The notes: generated by a model from the letters alone, not told the origin. 64,000 nucleotides of DNA from Octopus sinensis (GCF_006345805.1 NC_043020.1:2232001-2296000), one strand, 5' to 3'; shown: positions 38,408-52,123, numbered from the stretch's first letter. Made by a program: numbers and translations.

Positions 38408-38995
38408 GGCGCAGGAGCAGCTGTGTGGTAAGTAGCTTGCTTACAAACCACATGGTTCTGGGTTCAGTCCCACTGCGTGTCACCTTGGGAAAGTGTCTTC
38501 TACTATAGCCTTGGGCCAACAAAAGGCCTTGTGAGTGGATTTGGTAGACGGAAACTGAAAGAAGCCCGTAGTATATGTGTATATCATCATCATCGTTTAA
38601 CATCCGCCTTCCATGCTAGCATGGGTTGGACGAATGACTGAGGGCTGGTGAACCAGATGGCTGCACCAGACTCCAATCTGATCTGGCAGTTTCTACAGCT
38701 GGATGCCCTTCCTAACGCCAACCACTCTGAGAGTGTAGAGAGTGTATATATATGTGTGTGTGTGTATGTATATGTTTGTGTGTCTGTGTTTGTCCCCCCA
38801 ATATTGCATGACAACCAATGCTGGTGTGTTTACGCCCCCATAACTTAGCAGTTCGGCAAAAAGAGACCGACAGAATAAGTACTAAGCTTACAAACGAATA
38901 AGTCCTGGGGTCGATTTGCTCGACTAAATGCGGTGCTCAAGCATGGCCACAGCCAAATGACTGAAACAAGTAAAAGAGTAAAAAAAGAGTAAAAA
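38408..38995 (+). mobile_element. SINE family A with a nested antisense Meta-like SINE tail (about 38584-38742)
   Basis: Head at 38408, tail GACTGAAACAAGTAAAAGAG near 38960; insert in the central TA-rich tract. Confidence 0.8.
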
Positions 38996-39349
38996 AGAGT
39001 GATACATGTCAATCTATTTTCTGCTCATATCTCAGAGGTTAGAACTTTCTTTTTCTTCTTCTTTTCTTCTTCTTCCCTTTGCCCCACCTCCACTCCATCC
39101 CCACCCTACTTCCCTCATCATCACCCCGCCCCCACCCCACCCATATTAATTTTAAATGAAGCAAAGATTTAATTACAAAATTAATCAGGAAGATTTATTT
39201 TCCTATAGTTTCCAACTCTTATGTATTTCCTTCCGCATTATATATATTTTTTTGTTTTTTTTTAATTATTTTTCAAATTTCTTTTTTTTAAATTAATTAT
39301 ATTTATAATCTTATCTTTAGCCAGAACGAAATTATAAAATATCTTCAAA

Positions 39350-40060
39350 ATGCTTATGGGGGTTGTTTTGGTGGTGGTGGTCATGGTGGTAGTGGCGGTG
39401 GTGGTGGTAATGGTTGTAGTGCTGGTGATGGTGATAATGGTTTTGGATGTGGTGACAGTGGTTGTGGTAGTGGCAGTTGTGGTGTTGGTGGTTGTGTTGG
39501 TAGTGGTTTTGGTAGTGGTGGTGGTGGATGCAGTGGTAGTAGCGGTGGTGGTAATTGTTGTAGTGCTGGTGATGATGATAATGGTTTTGGATGTAGTGAT
39601 GGTGGTGGTGGTAGTGGTTGTGGTGTTGGTAGTGGTGGTGGCAGTGAAAGTTGCTGAGAGGGTGGCTAGTGATGGCAATTGTGGCACTGGTGGTGGTGAT
39701 GAAGGTTGTGGCTGTTGTAGTGGTGGTGCTAGTGGTATTGATGGTGGTGGTGGTGGTTGTGATGATGGTGAAGGTGATAGTGGTGATGTTCATAATGGCT
39801 GTGGTAGGGGTTGTAGTGGTTGTTATGGGGGAAGGGAGTCATGGTGGTGGTGATAGTAGTAGTAGTGGTGGTGGTGGTGGTAGTAGTAGTCACTGTGATA
39901 TTGGTAGTACTGTTTGTTGTAGTTGGGGTAAAGATAGTCATGGTTGGTGTTGTTGTTGCTGCTGCTGTAGTAACTACAGTAAATGTAGTTGTTTGTAGTG
40001 GTGGTGGTGGTGGTGGTGGTGGTGGTGGTGGTTACTGCGGCAATGTTTGTTGTTGTTGTT
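39350..40060. repeat. Compound (GGT)n/(GTA)n/(GTT)n trinucleotide repeat (similar blocks at 31915-32250, 34175-34540, 45655-45955, 55115-55290, 61190-61650)
   Basis: Read directly from the sequence. Confidence 0.95.
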
Positions 40061-40379
40061 GATTTTGTTAATCTCAAATTAAAACATTAATCGTAGATTA
40101 GTTCCGTCTCTTCAACATTATCGATGATGTCTTTCTTTCCTTTTTTTTTTCTATGCCACAAGACATTCTCTACACCTTGGCTCGACCTGCTAGGAATAGC
40201 AGCTAAATGCCCTTCGAATCATACATATTGCAACCATCTCAGAAACAAAAAGAAACATACAATAAGGTGAATCTTCAAACATAAACATATATATACATAC
40301 ATGTTCACCAGCATCGGTTGTGAAGCGATGTTGGGGGGACAAACACACACATGCAAACAGATACACATACGTGCATATA

Positions 40380-40688
40380 TCACGTGATCACGTGACCGAC
40401 CAGACCATCAGAGTTGTTACGCATCACTGGTCACAATGCATTCGCATTGTTCTAGCCTTCGAATGACGCCACCCCGCTGGCTAAGCGAGCGGGCCAACAG
40501 AAGAAAGAGTAGGAGAAAGTTGTGGTGAAAGAGTACAGCAGGGATCGCCACCCTCTGCCGGAGCCTCGTGGAGCTTTTAGGTGTTTTCGCTCAATAAATA
40601 CTCACAATGCCCAGTCTGGGAATCGAAACCGCGATCCTACGACTGCGAGTCCACTGCCCTAACCACTGGGCCATTGCGCCTCCACACG
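40380..40688 (-). mobile_element. SINE family C
   Basis: Reverse complement of 35715-36030. Confidence 0.85.
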
Positions 40689-40734
40689 TATATATATATA
40701 TACATATATATATATAAATATATATATACACGAT

Positions 40735-40892
40735 GAGCTTCTTTCAGTTTCTTTCTACCAAATCCACTCACAAGGCTTTGATTGGCCCGACGCTATAGTA
40801 GAAGACACTTGCCCATGGTGCCACACAGTGAGACTGAACCCGGAACTATGTAGTTCGTAAGCAAGCTACTTACCATGCAGCCATTCCTACGC
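40735..40892 (-). mobile_element. SINE family A, 5' half
   Basis: Head and CORE-like segment. Confidence 0.75.
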
Positions 40893-40901
40893 GTACTATA
40901 G

Positions 40902-41108
40902 AACTTTCAGCTTCTATACCCAGATTATAAACTTACATTTATACCAATAATAATTGGTGTACTGAGATTTGTGAGTACACACTTAAGTAGCAATTTGGAT
41001 AAGCTAGGCTTTTCAGAAAAAGAAATCAATCAGGTAACATGGACATTGCAAATATATTTAAGTGGAACAGTAAAAATATGCAAGACTTTCCACAAATTGA
41101 AAATGTGA
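40902..41108 (+). mobile_element. C-terminal RLE-domain fragment of a non-LTR retrotransposon (R4-like, a different family from 13.7 kb)
   Basis: Open frame NFQLLYPDYKLTFIPIIIGVLRFVSTHLSSNLDKLGFSEKEINQVTWTLQIYLSGTVKICKTFHKLKM*. Confidence 0.65.
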
Positions 41109-41453
41109 ATTTGTTTTTTGTTATCTACATTCCAAAGATGGAGCTCTGTATCTTTGTAAGAAACCAGCTCCTTGTTTACAGGGGAACTTGAAATAATTCA
41201 AAAGAAAAGAAAACATGCACACACATATATATACACATGCATATATACGCACAAACATACACACACACGCACACATATTTATATACACATGCATATATAC
41301 ACACAAATACATACATATTTATAGTTGTGCATGTGCACACGCAGACTCATATACAAATGTATATCTATACATACATATGCATACATACATAGAAATATAT
41401 ACATATATATATATATGCATATACACATACAAATACATTCATATGCACAGATG

Positions 41454-41485
<32 letters not shown>

Positions 41486-41576
41486 AAGTGTAGGTGGCAT
41501 ATGATGGGTGTATATATATATATATAGATAGACAGATACATGCACACACCATATATATATATATATATATATATCT

Positions 41577-41610
<34 letters not shown>

Positions 41611-41649
41611 ACATTATATATATATACATATATATATATATACATATAT

Positions 41650-41699
<50 letters not shown>

Positions 41700-41714
41700 C
41701 ATATATATATATAC

Positions 41715-41780
<66 letters not shown>

Positions 41781-42080
41781 TATATATATAATATATATAT
41801 ATAATTATATATATATATATTATATATACACACATGTACACATGCATACTGAAAGAGGAAGAGGACAGAAAGAAGAGAGGAGAAGAAGTGAAAGGAAGAA
41901 AAGAAAAAAGAAGAAAAGGAGGTAAAACATTTACTTTGTATTTTTGTTTTTTTACTTGTTTTTGTTTCTGAAACATTTCATTTTATTTTTTATATTTTCC
42001 TGATTGGAAAATAAACAAGAATTATAAACAGCGAAATATTTTTATATATTTATATTCATATTTTTTTTTTTTTACGTTAC

Positions 42081-42238
42081 CTTTTTGGTCCTTTTCCTCT
42101 GGAACCAGTCACCGACGTAGGGAAAGGGTCGTTCCTGCTCTCCATTCCGAGAATATTAAATATCACCTTGCGGCATTCCATCACATCGTCTTCATCAATC
42201 TTTTCTTTCATTATAAGCGTTGGCAGCGGTTCAATTTG
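42081..42238 (-). CDS. INTS13: INTS13 coding exon, 158 bp, phase 0 to 2
   Basis: QIEPLPTLIMKEKIDEDDVMECRKVIFNILGMESRNDPFPTSVTGSRGKGPK(R); human VPLASVIVKESLTEEDVLNCQKTIYNLVDMERKNDPLPISTVGTRGKGPKR. Donor GTAACG. Confidence 0.95.
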
Positions 42239-42979
42239 CTGGTGGTGGTAAAAGGTGGCGGCGGTGGTGGTGGTGGTGGTGGTGGTGGTGGTGGTGGTGC
42301 CGGTCGGAGGATGGCGGGGAGCAGGATTCAAAAGAAAGAAAGCAGAACAGTCATGATTGATAATGGCAGAATTCTATGTTGTACAACGTTGTGCAATAAT
42401 AATACAATAATAAGGGGGGGTAACGTAATTTAATGCATTTATCTTCGTTTATCACAGATGTTACGTTCTGCAAAAAAAAAAAAAACCCTCTTGTGTGTTA
42501 AATGAATCAGTGATAAATGAGTAAAGGGACACATAAGGAAAAATAGGCTTTGTTCTCTGACCCCAAATTTTGTCGAACATTGGGATTGGGTGTTAGGAGG
42601 TTATTCTTGCTATTGAACTTAGAATCTCTGACAGATCGTTGCTCCGTTTTATCACAGATCAATTTGTGATAAGCGTAACACATAACACTGACATCCTATT
42701 CTCAGTGATGAAGGAATCAGAGATAAACATAGACAGATACACAATACTGTGCAACACCATTTTTTTTTTTTTTTTTGTCTTCTTTGGTCTGTAAGTGTTA
42801 TTTCCTATTTGCTTCTATCTAGAAATCAAAGGAAGTGACTACTATCCCCTTCACACTTCGCTTTTGTCACCTGGACATCAATTGAGCTGCAGAAGCAGAA
42901 ATATCATTATAGCAAATATTCTGCTCAATACCACGGGTTTGCTTGACATTAACCACTTGAGCTTGTCCCTTAGTAGGCG

Positions 42980-43385
42980 TAGCAGTGGCTGTGTGGTAAG
43001 TAGCTTGCTTACCAACCACATGGTTCCGGGTTCATTCCACTGCATGGCACCTTGGGCAAGTGTCTTCTACTATAGCCTTGGGCCAACCAAAGCCTTGTGA
43101 GTAGATTTGGTACACAGAAACTGAAAGAAGCCCGTCATATATATACATATGTTTATATATATGTGTGTGTGTGTGTATATGTTTGTGTGTCTGTGTTTGT
43201 CGCCCCCAACATTGCTTGACAACCAAAGGTGGTGTGTTTATGTCACCATAACTTAGCAGTTCGGCATAAGAGACTGATAGAATAAGTACTAGGTTTACAA
43301 ACAATAAGTCCTGGGGTCGATTTGCTCGACTAAAGGCAGTGATCCAGCATGGCCACAGTCACGTGACTGAAACAAGTAAAAGAGA
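42980..43385 (+). mobile_element. SINE family A, full length
   Basis: Head GCAGTGGCTGTGTGGTAAGTAG through tail GACTGAAACAAGTAAA. Confidence 0.85.
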
Positions 43386-43772
43386 GACACTTACATTCTA
43401 TACATATATACACATACATATATATATACATGTATGTATGCGTGTGTGTGTGCGTACACCTGTGTGGTGTATATAGTCCAGGTATGGCTGTGTGGTAAGA
43501 AGTTTAATTCCCAACCACAAGGTTTTAGGTTCAGTCCCACTGTGTGGTACCTTGGGCAAGTGTCTTCTACAATAGTCCCAGGCCACCTAAAGCCCTGTGA
43601 GGGGATTTGGTAGACAGAATCCGAAGCACGATTATTTTAGATGGATGTCATTTATTTCCAATATTCTGCGTAAACGGAATTTACATGGGGGAAATATTAC
43701 CTAGATTGGAAATGGGTAAGGACTGACAATGAAGGGCACCCAGCCATCATATATATATATATATATAATATA

Positions 43773-43814
<42 letters not shown>

Positions 43815-43860
43815 TATATACATATATATCATATATATACGATATATATACATATATATA

Positions 43861-43895
<35 letters not shown>

Positions 43896-43961
43896 TTTTA
43901 TTTTATTTTATTTTATCTAGTTTCAGCTCACGAGCTGTGGCCATGCTGGGGCACCGCCATT

Positions 43962-43997
<36 letters not shown>

Positions 43998-44117
43998 ATA
44001 TATATATGAAGTGAGACAGACAGACAAACAGAGACAGAGAGAAAGGAAGACAGTGAAATGAATGAATGAATGAATGAATGAATGAATGAATGAATGGATG
44101 GATGGATGGATGGATAA

Positions 44118-44177
<60 letters not shown>

Positions 44178-44744
44178 AAAGAGAGTGAGAGAGAGCAAGA
44201 GAGAGAGATACACAGTAAGGAAGGTATTTCTGTTTGCTGTCTTTGATTATCTCTTAAGCCTTCTGCTGAATTATTGGCACCACAAATTTTATTCTCACTT
44301 TTCATTTCAAAGGACAAAAACTGAATGTATTTTCCTTAGTGAAAAAAAAAGTGTTAAGTTAGAAAAAGAATGTTAAAATGTTATCCATCTTTTTTTAATA
44401 TAAAGGATAAACTGATCTGACATCTTCAAAGAATTATCCAAATCCACTATTAAAAAAATGGCAAAGTTTTACATGAAGAATTTCATTCTTGCTTCACAGC
44501 TGAACAGCCTTAACACATAACTTCAGAACGAAGTTAAGGACTCGAAACAAGAGAAAGAACCAAACGATAAGAGATAGCAGATAAGAGGATGTGAATGACA
44601 GAAAAGAAGGTTTAAGGCAAAAAGTGAAAAGAAAGGAAGAGATGACACATGTGTGAACACAACATATGCTGGATACATGTGGTATTAAAGAGAACATCAT
44701 TGGAGAATATGTATGGGTTGACACTGAGGCAGATGTGATGAAAT

Positions 44745-45265
44745 AACATGGTAGATTGGAAACTGAAAGAAGCCCGGCTGGCCCCCGTGCCGGTGACACG
44801 TAAAAGCACCGTCCGTTCATGGCCGTTCGCCAGCTCTGTCTGGCACCTGTGCAGGTGGCACGTAAAAAACACCCACTACACTCGCGGAGTGGTTGGCGTT
44901 AGGAAGGGCATCCAGCCGTAGAAACACTGCCAGATCTGACTGGGCCTGACGAAGCCTTCCAGCTCACAGACCCCAGTTGACCCGTCCACCCATGCTAGCA
45001 TGGAAAGCGGACGCTAAATGATGATGATGATGATGATGATTATTGTGTGTGTGTTGTGTGTCTGTGTTGTCCCCCTAGCATTGCTTGACAACCGATGCTG
45101 GGTTTGTGGTTACGCCCCCGTCACTTAGCAGTTCGGCAAAAGAGACTGATAGAATAAGTACTGGGCTTACAAAGAATAAGTCCCAGGGTCGATTTGCTCG
45201 ACTAAAGGCGGTGCTCCAGCATGGCCGCAGTCAAATGATTGAAACAAGTAAAAGAGTAAAGAGTA
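44745..45265 (+). mobile_element. Composite SINE region: Meta-like 3' half with (GAT)n tail, followed by a family A 3' half
   Basis: GAGTGGTTGGCGTTAGGAAGGGCATCCAGCCGTAGAAAC...CATGCTAGCATGGAAAGCGGACGCTAAATGATG, then GCTTGACAACCGATGCTGG...GAAACAAGTAAAAGAG. Confidence 0.75.
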
Positions 45266-45394
45266 TATGTCATATCATCATCATCATCATTATTATCATC
45301 ATTTAATGTCCACGGATAGTTTGACAGTGAATGTGTGTTTGTGTGTGTGCGAATGTGTGTGTGTGTGCATATGTATGCATTATGTACAGACATG

Positions 45395-45427
<33 letters not shown>

Positions 45428-46318
45428 CCCCTTGTCTAGACAACAACTGACAGTTGTAGATGTGTATCACCACACAAACAAGGTCACTTGTTTCCAGTTT
45501 TCCATGAAAAAAACAAAAGCATGTCTGGCCCCGGGAGGAAATATCACCTTGTTTGGAAAAAGGTGAGGGTTGGCAACAGGAATAGAATCCAATTATCGAA
45601 TCCAATTAACAAATTCCATGTGACCCATGCCATGCATGAAACAATGGATTTTTAGCGATGATGGTGGTGGTGGTGGTAATGGTGGTGGTGGTGGTGGTGG
45701 TGGTGGTGGTGTTGGTGGTGGTGGTGGTGGTGTTGTTGTTGTTGTTGTTGTTGGTGGTGGTGGTGTTGGTGGTGGTGTTGTTGGTGGTGGTGGTGTTGTT
45801 GGTGGTGGTGTTGTTGTTGGTGGTGGTGTTGGTGGTGGTGGTGTTGTTGGTGGTGGAGGTGTTGTTGTTGGTGGTGGTGTTGTTGTTGGTGGTGGTGTTG
45901 GTGGTGGTGGAGGTGTTGTTGGTGGTGTTGGTGGCGGTTGTGGCGGTGGCGGTGGTTTGCCGTTCCTACATTTTGTTAACTCTTTCCACTTTCGATACAA
46001 GATAAATTAGATTCAGCAGCAGGTAATTCTTCTGTGGTAAATACATCAACAGGTGGCCGTCTTGTGATAAAACACCTTCTACAGACTGAACCATTCCTGT
46101 CTGTAGTCAAACCAAGATCTTCGTTAGCAACGAAAATGCAGACAATAACGAGAATGAGATTCTCTGCAAGAACACTTTTTAATTAATCAAAAGTTACTTA
46201 AAAATGATTTGTCCAACTAAACTCCGCACTCTTCATTCAAATTTGCAGATGGTTCTGTCTTTTGAGTATTTTCAGCAAATAATGGCTTTAAACATTAATC
46301 AATTTTCCAAATTGGTAG

Positions 46319-46885
46319 ATTACTATGGGGTAGATAAACATTGAATATGTTTTGAATTAAACATTAATCTGGAGAAATATTTTTTATGAAATAGAAACAT
46401 CATCATTATCTACCATCATCATCATCTATCATCATCACCGCCACCACCATCATAATCATCATCATCATTGCCACACCAATATCATCATCATCATCACCAC
46501 CACCATCATCATCATCATCACAATCATTATCATTATTGCCACACCACTACTCTCATAATCATCATATAATCATCATCATCATCATCACCACTACTACAAC
46601 TATCATCATTATAATCATCATCATCATCATCACCACCACCACTACAACTGTCATCATCATCATCATCATCACTTTTCCATGCTTTCATGGGTCGGATGAA
46701 ATTTGTGGAAGCAAATACTCTATAGCTATATGCCCTTCCTATCACCAACCCTCACCTGTTTTCAAGCAAACAGATGATGGTGGTGATGATGATGATGATG
46801 ATGATGTTTCTATTTCATAAAAAATATTTCTCCAGGTTAATGTTTAATTCAAAACATATTTAATGTTTATCTACTTCATAGTAAT
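46319..46885. repeat. 85-bp inverted repeat pair (46319-46403 and 46801-46885) enclosing about 400 bp of (CAT)n-rich DNA
   Basis: Arms are reverse complements with 4 mismatches; pairing extends into (CAT)n/(GAT)n. Confidence 0.92.
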
Positions 46886-48457
46886 TCTGGTGACAGAATC
46901 TCTGAGCATCACCAATAAGGAGAGCACCTGTCCATTCCTGTAATTTATACTTCAACATTTTTTATTCTGATGTCGCATCAGGTAAGCACTAAAATGCCTC
47001 TGACAGTGTCTTTGAATATTTCATTCACATTTTCCCCTCATATTTGTTTTTTTTTCTCAAAACTGATGTTCAGCCTCTGAATAGCTTGGCTCTAAAACCA
47101 TTTCATGATTCTATACTGAGCAGCAAAGATACTTCTACAAATTTATCACTAGCTTAAAAGCCAGCTCCTGTGGAGGGCTCTTCATTGGGCCTTGAGCCCA
47201 ATAATGACATTTCGTGCTTTGAGCACAAATTAAACTTTATTAAACTTGACCAATATTTTTCAAGCAATGAACAATTTTCATCAAAACAATGAAATAATTT
47301 GTCAGCTTGGAACTTATTCCAAAGCTGCATGATAAACAACATATTTTGTCATCCCATTCATGGATCAGTACAATTTTTTTTCTGTCTGACCTCTTTCTTT
47401 CTCTTTCTCTCTCTTTCTGTTGATTGTTTTCAACCACCACCATCACAATCACCAGTACCACCACCATTGCCACCACAACTGCTACACACACCATTCAGAT
47501 TTCTGACGCCACCACCATCAATGCCTTTCACTTCGCCGCCTTCCCTTCCGCCACCATCACCAATGTCCTTCATGTCTCTTACTATTAACATTGTCCCTAA
47601 CTGCTTCAGCTACCACCACTACCACCATCACCACCATCGCCTCCACCTCTATTAAAATCTTATGTGAATCACCAAGGGCTAAAGGGGCCCCTTGTTGAGA
47701 ACTTCTGAGTTAGAATACATTTGAGAGGATCCCATGCTGGTAGAATCTTCCTTGTGACCTTGGCTTTTACACTACAGCTCCCAACCAACCTTTGATGGAG
47801 CCAGACTGCAGTTGAAGACCTTCCTGACAATCTTCACTGGTTCCCCAATGATGGACAGGATATGGTTTTCTCCGATCACAAAGCAGAACATTTCATTGGA
47901 CTTTGATCTTTCGTCAAAAACCATTCAGGTTTGAAACCGTAAATGAGCAGACAGAATATAAGAGAAATAAACGGTTCTGCGTGAGATACTGTAGAATTGG
48001 AGATGCAATCTGGAAACAGCGCTTCTCTCGTTACAGAGAATGGAAACGGAACATTGATTGACGCTGGCCAAATAAGAGCTTGATTTACAAGCAGAAGATT
48101 ATAATAACGATCAATGCGAGGACAGCAGAAATGATAACGATTTCAATGGTAATAGTAATACTTCATCAAATTTGATGAAAATTCATGTTGATATTAAGAG
48201 AAGACCAGCTGATCGAGTAAGCGGAGAAAATTTCATTAGATGAAGTGCTTCTGCCATGCGTTGTTGTATTAAGGTTTTATGTTTCAACGAGATTTGAAGA
48301 CAACGTCCACTGCAACTGAACTTATTATTATCACAAATTGCATTATATATTACATGTTATATGTTATATATTATAGATTATACCATGCTATATTGTTTTT
48401 GTCAATTACTCAATATTGGGCTGTCAGAAACGAGCACGGAACTAGAAGTAATAATAA

Positions 48458-48506
<49 letters not shown>

Positions 48507-48540
48507 TGTGTGTGTCTGTGTGTGTGTGTGTGTATACAAA

Positions 48541-48956
48541 GGCGGTGAGCTGGCAGAATCGTTAGCACACCAGGCAAAATGCTTAGCGGAATTTCGTATG
48601 CCGTTACGTTCTGAGTTCAAATTCCGCCGAGGTCGACTTTGCCTTTCATCCTTTCGGGGTCGATAAATTAAGTACCAGTTATGCACTGGGGTCAATATAA
48701 ATCGACTTAATCCGTTTGTCTGTCCTTGTTTGTCCTCTCTGTGTTTAGCCCCTTGTGGGTAGTAAAGAAATAGGTATTTCGTCTGCTGTTATGTTCTGAG
48801 TTCAAATTCCGCTGAGGTCGACTGTGCCTTTCATCCTTTCGGGGTCGATAAATTAAGTACCAGTTACGCACTGGGGTCGATATAATCGACTTAATTCGTT
48901 TGTCTGTCCTTGTTTGTCCCCTCTGTGTTTAGCCCCTTGTGGGCAGTAAAGAAATA
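48541..48956 (+). mobile_element. SINE family B head-to-tail dimer
   Basis: Full unit from 48541; second, headless unit starts at the AAAGAAATA|GGTATTTCG junction (about 48773). Confidence 0.88.
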
Positions 48957-49051
48957 GGTATGTGTGTGTGTATGTATGTATGCATGCATGTGTGTATTTT
49001 TCCCTTGTTTACAATTAACACAGAAAAAATAGATAAAGTTATTATTATTTG

Positions 49052-49117
<66 letters not shown>

Positions 49118-49776
49118 GAGGTGGTGACCTGGCAGAGTTAGTAGCAAGTCAGGCAATCTGTTTAGCTGCAGCTCTCTTTACATTCTGAGTTCAAATTCCA
49201 CTAAGGTCGAGATTGACTTTTGTCTTTCGGGATCGATAAAGTAGGTGCCAGTTAATTAGTGGGGTCTGATGTAATCAATGAGGCCCCTGCCCCAGAATTT
49301 CACGGGAAATGATTTATAGCTGTGTCTATCTTCTGTGAGTTCTATCATGAAGAAAAACAATTTACTTCACGTCTCATGAAGCTTCTGCTGTCTTCCTACG
49401 CTCTGAATAAATATACATAATACAGGGCTACATGTGAGCGAATGTAGGTGGCATGTGTCAACCTTGCAGAGGATGGAGAATGCCTGCGGATGTCCAAGGA
49501 GGAAGAGAAGGAGGAAGAAGAGTAGCTCCCGAAGTCAGAGCTGTAGATCTGACATCTGTATGAAGCAACACATTTTGTGCGAGTGTTGCATGTGAATAGG
49601 AAAATTCAGAGGAAACACTCACACAAAACTTCACCAGTATATTTGTGTGTGTGTGTGTGTGTGTGTATGAATGTGTGTGTGTGTATGAATGTGTGTGTGT
49701 ATGTCTATGAATGTGTGTGTATGTATATATGCATATTTTTCTATGAACAGATGAGTGTGTGTGTGTCTGTATATAT

Positions 49777-49814
<38 letters not shown>

Positions 49815-49845
49815 CACGCACACAGACACCTGTTCAAAGAGAAAT

Positions 49846-49876
<31 letters not shown>

Positions 49877-49916
49877 ATATACACACACACACACACCACA
49901 CATATATATATACACG

Positions 49917-49952
<36 letters not shown>

Positions 49953-50549
49953 CACACACACATGCATATGCAGGGATATATCAGTACTTACAGGCATAAT
50001 TACATAGATAGATGCAGATACACACACACACATACATATATACTTATATACATTCACATATTCACACAGAGACTTACACTGAAATACATATACATACATA
50101 CATACATACATACATCCACACATGCAGACATACACACACACGTATATCTATATGCATACATGTACACGTATACACATGCCTATGTATTCATAAACACAAA
50201 TATCCACAAATACACATGAATACATATTCATATACACATATAAACATATACACCTATCTACGCATATATACACACATGTATATACACCGAAGGAAAAAAA
50301 GAATTAGCGTCTCCATTATTAATTGAAATGAAAAGTTTTTAATCAACAAAGAGGTTTTAAGACAATTAACAAATGGTGGCTTCGTCTCGTTTCCTCCTTC
50401 CTCTTCTTCCTCTTCTACCTCTTCTTCTTTAAACTTTTGTACACACATACACATGTGTATATGGATAGATATACACATGCACACACATACACATGTATGC
50501 ATAGACACAGATTCCTACATGTGAAGACACACAATTTATGTAGAGAGAG

Positions 50550-51020
50550 ACATATTGTGAGAGAGAAGTAGTGAGAGAGGAGAAAATGAGAGAGAAATAG
50601 GGAGAGAGAGAGAGGGTGTGTCAAAGATTGTGAGAGAAAGAGAGAGAGAAGTAATCAGAGAGAGAGAGAGAGAAGCAGTGTGAGTGTGTGAGGGAATGAG
50701 AAAAAGAGAGTGTGAAAGAGAGACTCATAGAGTAAGAGAAAGAGAGAGCATGTGGGAGAAACATGTAGGTAACATGTGTGAGATTGTATGAGAGAGAGAG
50801 AGAGAGAGAGAAACAGAGAAGGAGAGAGAGAGAGAAGCTGTGTGAAAGTGAGAGAAAGAGACAGACAGAGAGGGAGAGAGAGAGAGAGGGAGAGAGAGAA
50901 AGACAGAAAGACAGTGTAGGAGAAAGGCAGAGCATATATGAGAGACGGAAAGAGAACATGTGTGTGAGAGAATGAGAGAGAGAGAGAGTATATTGAGAAA
51001 AAGAGAGAGAGAGAGAAGGG
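50550..51020. repeat. (GA)n-rich purine tract (also 54830-55050; (CT)n at 60465-60620)
   Basis: Read directly from the sequence. Confidence 0.93.
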
Positions 51021-51425
51021 GGTGGGACAGAAAGGGGAGGGGGTGACCTAAAGTAGAGGTGAGACATTAAATGAACAATGGAATAATTGGAAGACGAAAG
51101 GAGAAGCTGTTGTTTCACTTTGTTGAAGATGTCAAACAAAAGATTAGTCAAAAGACGAACAAGTCTCTCCATTGTGTGGGGAGGCTGCTGTGACTTGCTG
51201 GAAATAGCAGTCAAAACACCCCCCTGATGCTTTCTTCTTTGGAAACAAGACAGGAGAAGAGAGGAAAAAGAGACAGATACACTGGACAGAGTAGTCGTAG
51301 ATGTCCGGAAAATAATGGGATCTTCATGGATGTGTTGTGTGTGTGTGTGATGGGGAAGAGCAGAGAGGAAAGACTGCTCAATCAGGACTGATCTTGATGT
51401 AAACAACCAAAACAACAACAATAAT

Positions 51426-51458
<33 letters not shown>

Positions 51459-51537
51459 AACTACTACTCCTCAACAACAACCAGAAGAACCTATGAAGGC
51501 TGTTTCGTGACAGGTGGTGCCAGCACAGGTGCCTTTA

Positions 51538-52123
51538 CGGTGGCAAGCTGGTAGAAACGTTAGCATGCCAGGCGAAATGTGTAGCCATATTTCGTCTGCC
51601 GCTACGTTCTGAGTTCAAATTCCGCCAAACTCGACTTTGCCTTCCATCCTTTCAGGGCCGATAAATTAACTACCAGTTACGCACTGGAGTCGATATAATC
51701 GACTTAATCCGTTTGTCCCCTCTGTGTGTAGCCCCTTGTGGGCAGTAAAGAAATAGGTATTTCGTCTGCCATTACATTCTGAGTTCAAATTTCGCTGAGG
51801 TCGACTTTGCCTTTCATCCTTTCGGGGTCAATAAATTAAGTACCTGTTACGCACTGGGGTCGATATAATTGACTTAATCCATTTGTCTGTCCTTGTTTGT
51901 CCCCTCTGTGTGTAGCCCCTTGTGGGGAGTAAAGAAATAGGTATTTCGTCTGCCATTACGTTCTGAGTTCAAATTTCGCTGAGGTCGACTTTGCCTTTCA
52001 TCCTTTCGGGGTCAATAAATTAAGTACCTGTTACGCACTGGGGTCGATATAATTGACTTAATCCATTTGTCTGTCCTTGTTTGTCCCCTCTGTGTTTAGC
52101 CCCTTGTGGGCAGTAAAGAAATA
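51538..52123 (+). mobile_element. SINE family B trimer within one 13-bp target-site duplication
   Basis: Units 2 and 3 are 184 bp each (51756-51939, 51940-52123); TSD ACAGGTGCCTTTA at 51525-51537 and 52124-52136. Confidence 0.9.

Noticed and set aside
37920-38435. Poly-Asp 171-aa ORF and overlapping poly-Met/His/Ser ORFs
   Set aside because: A (GAT)n microsatellite open in several frames on both strands, inside an INTS13 intron.
44495-44555. CTGAACA...CCTTAAC/GTTAAGG...CGAAAC hammerhead-like pattern
   Set aside because: The core has G8 to C, and there is no GUH site or stem I complement.
45593-46010. Pro/Thr-rich and Gly/Val-rich ORFs resembling extensin or mucin
   Set aside because: A (GGT/GTT)n repeat; the same applies to 31761-32453 and 39262-39998.
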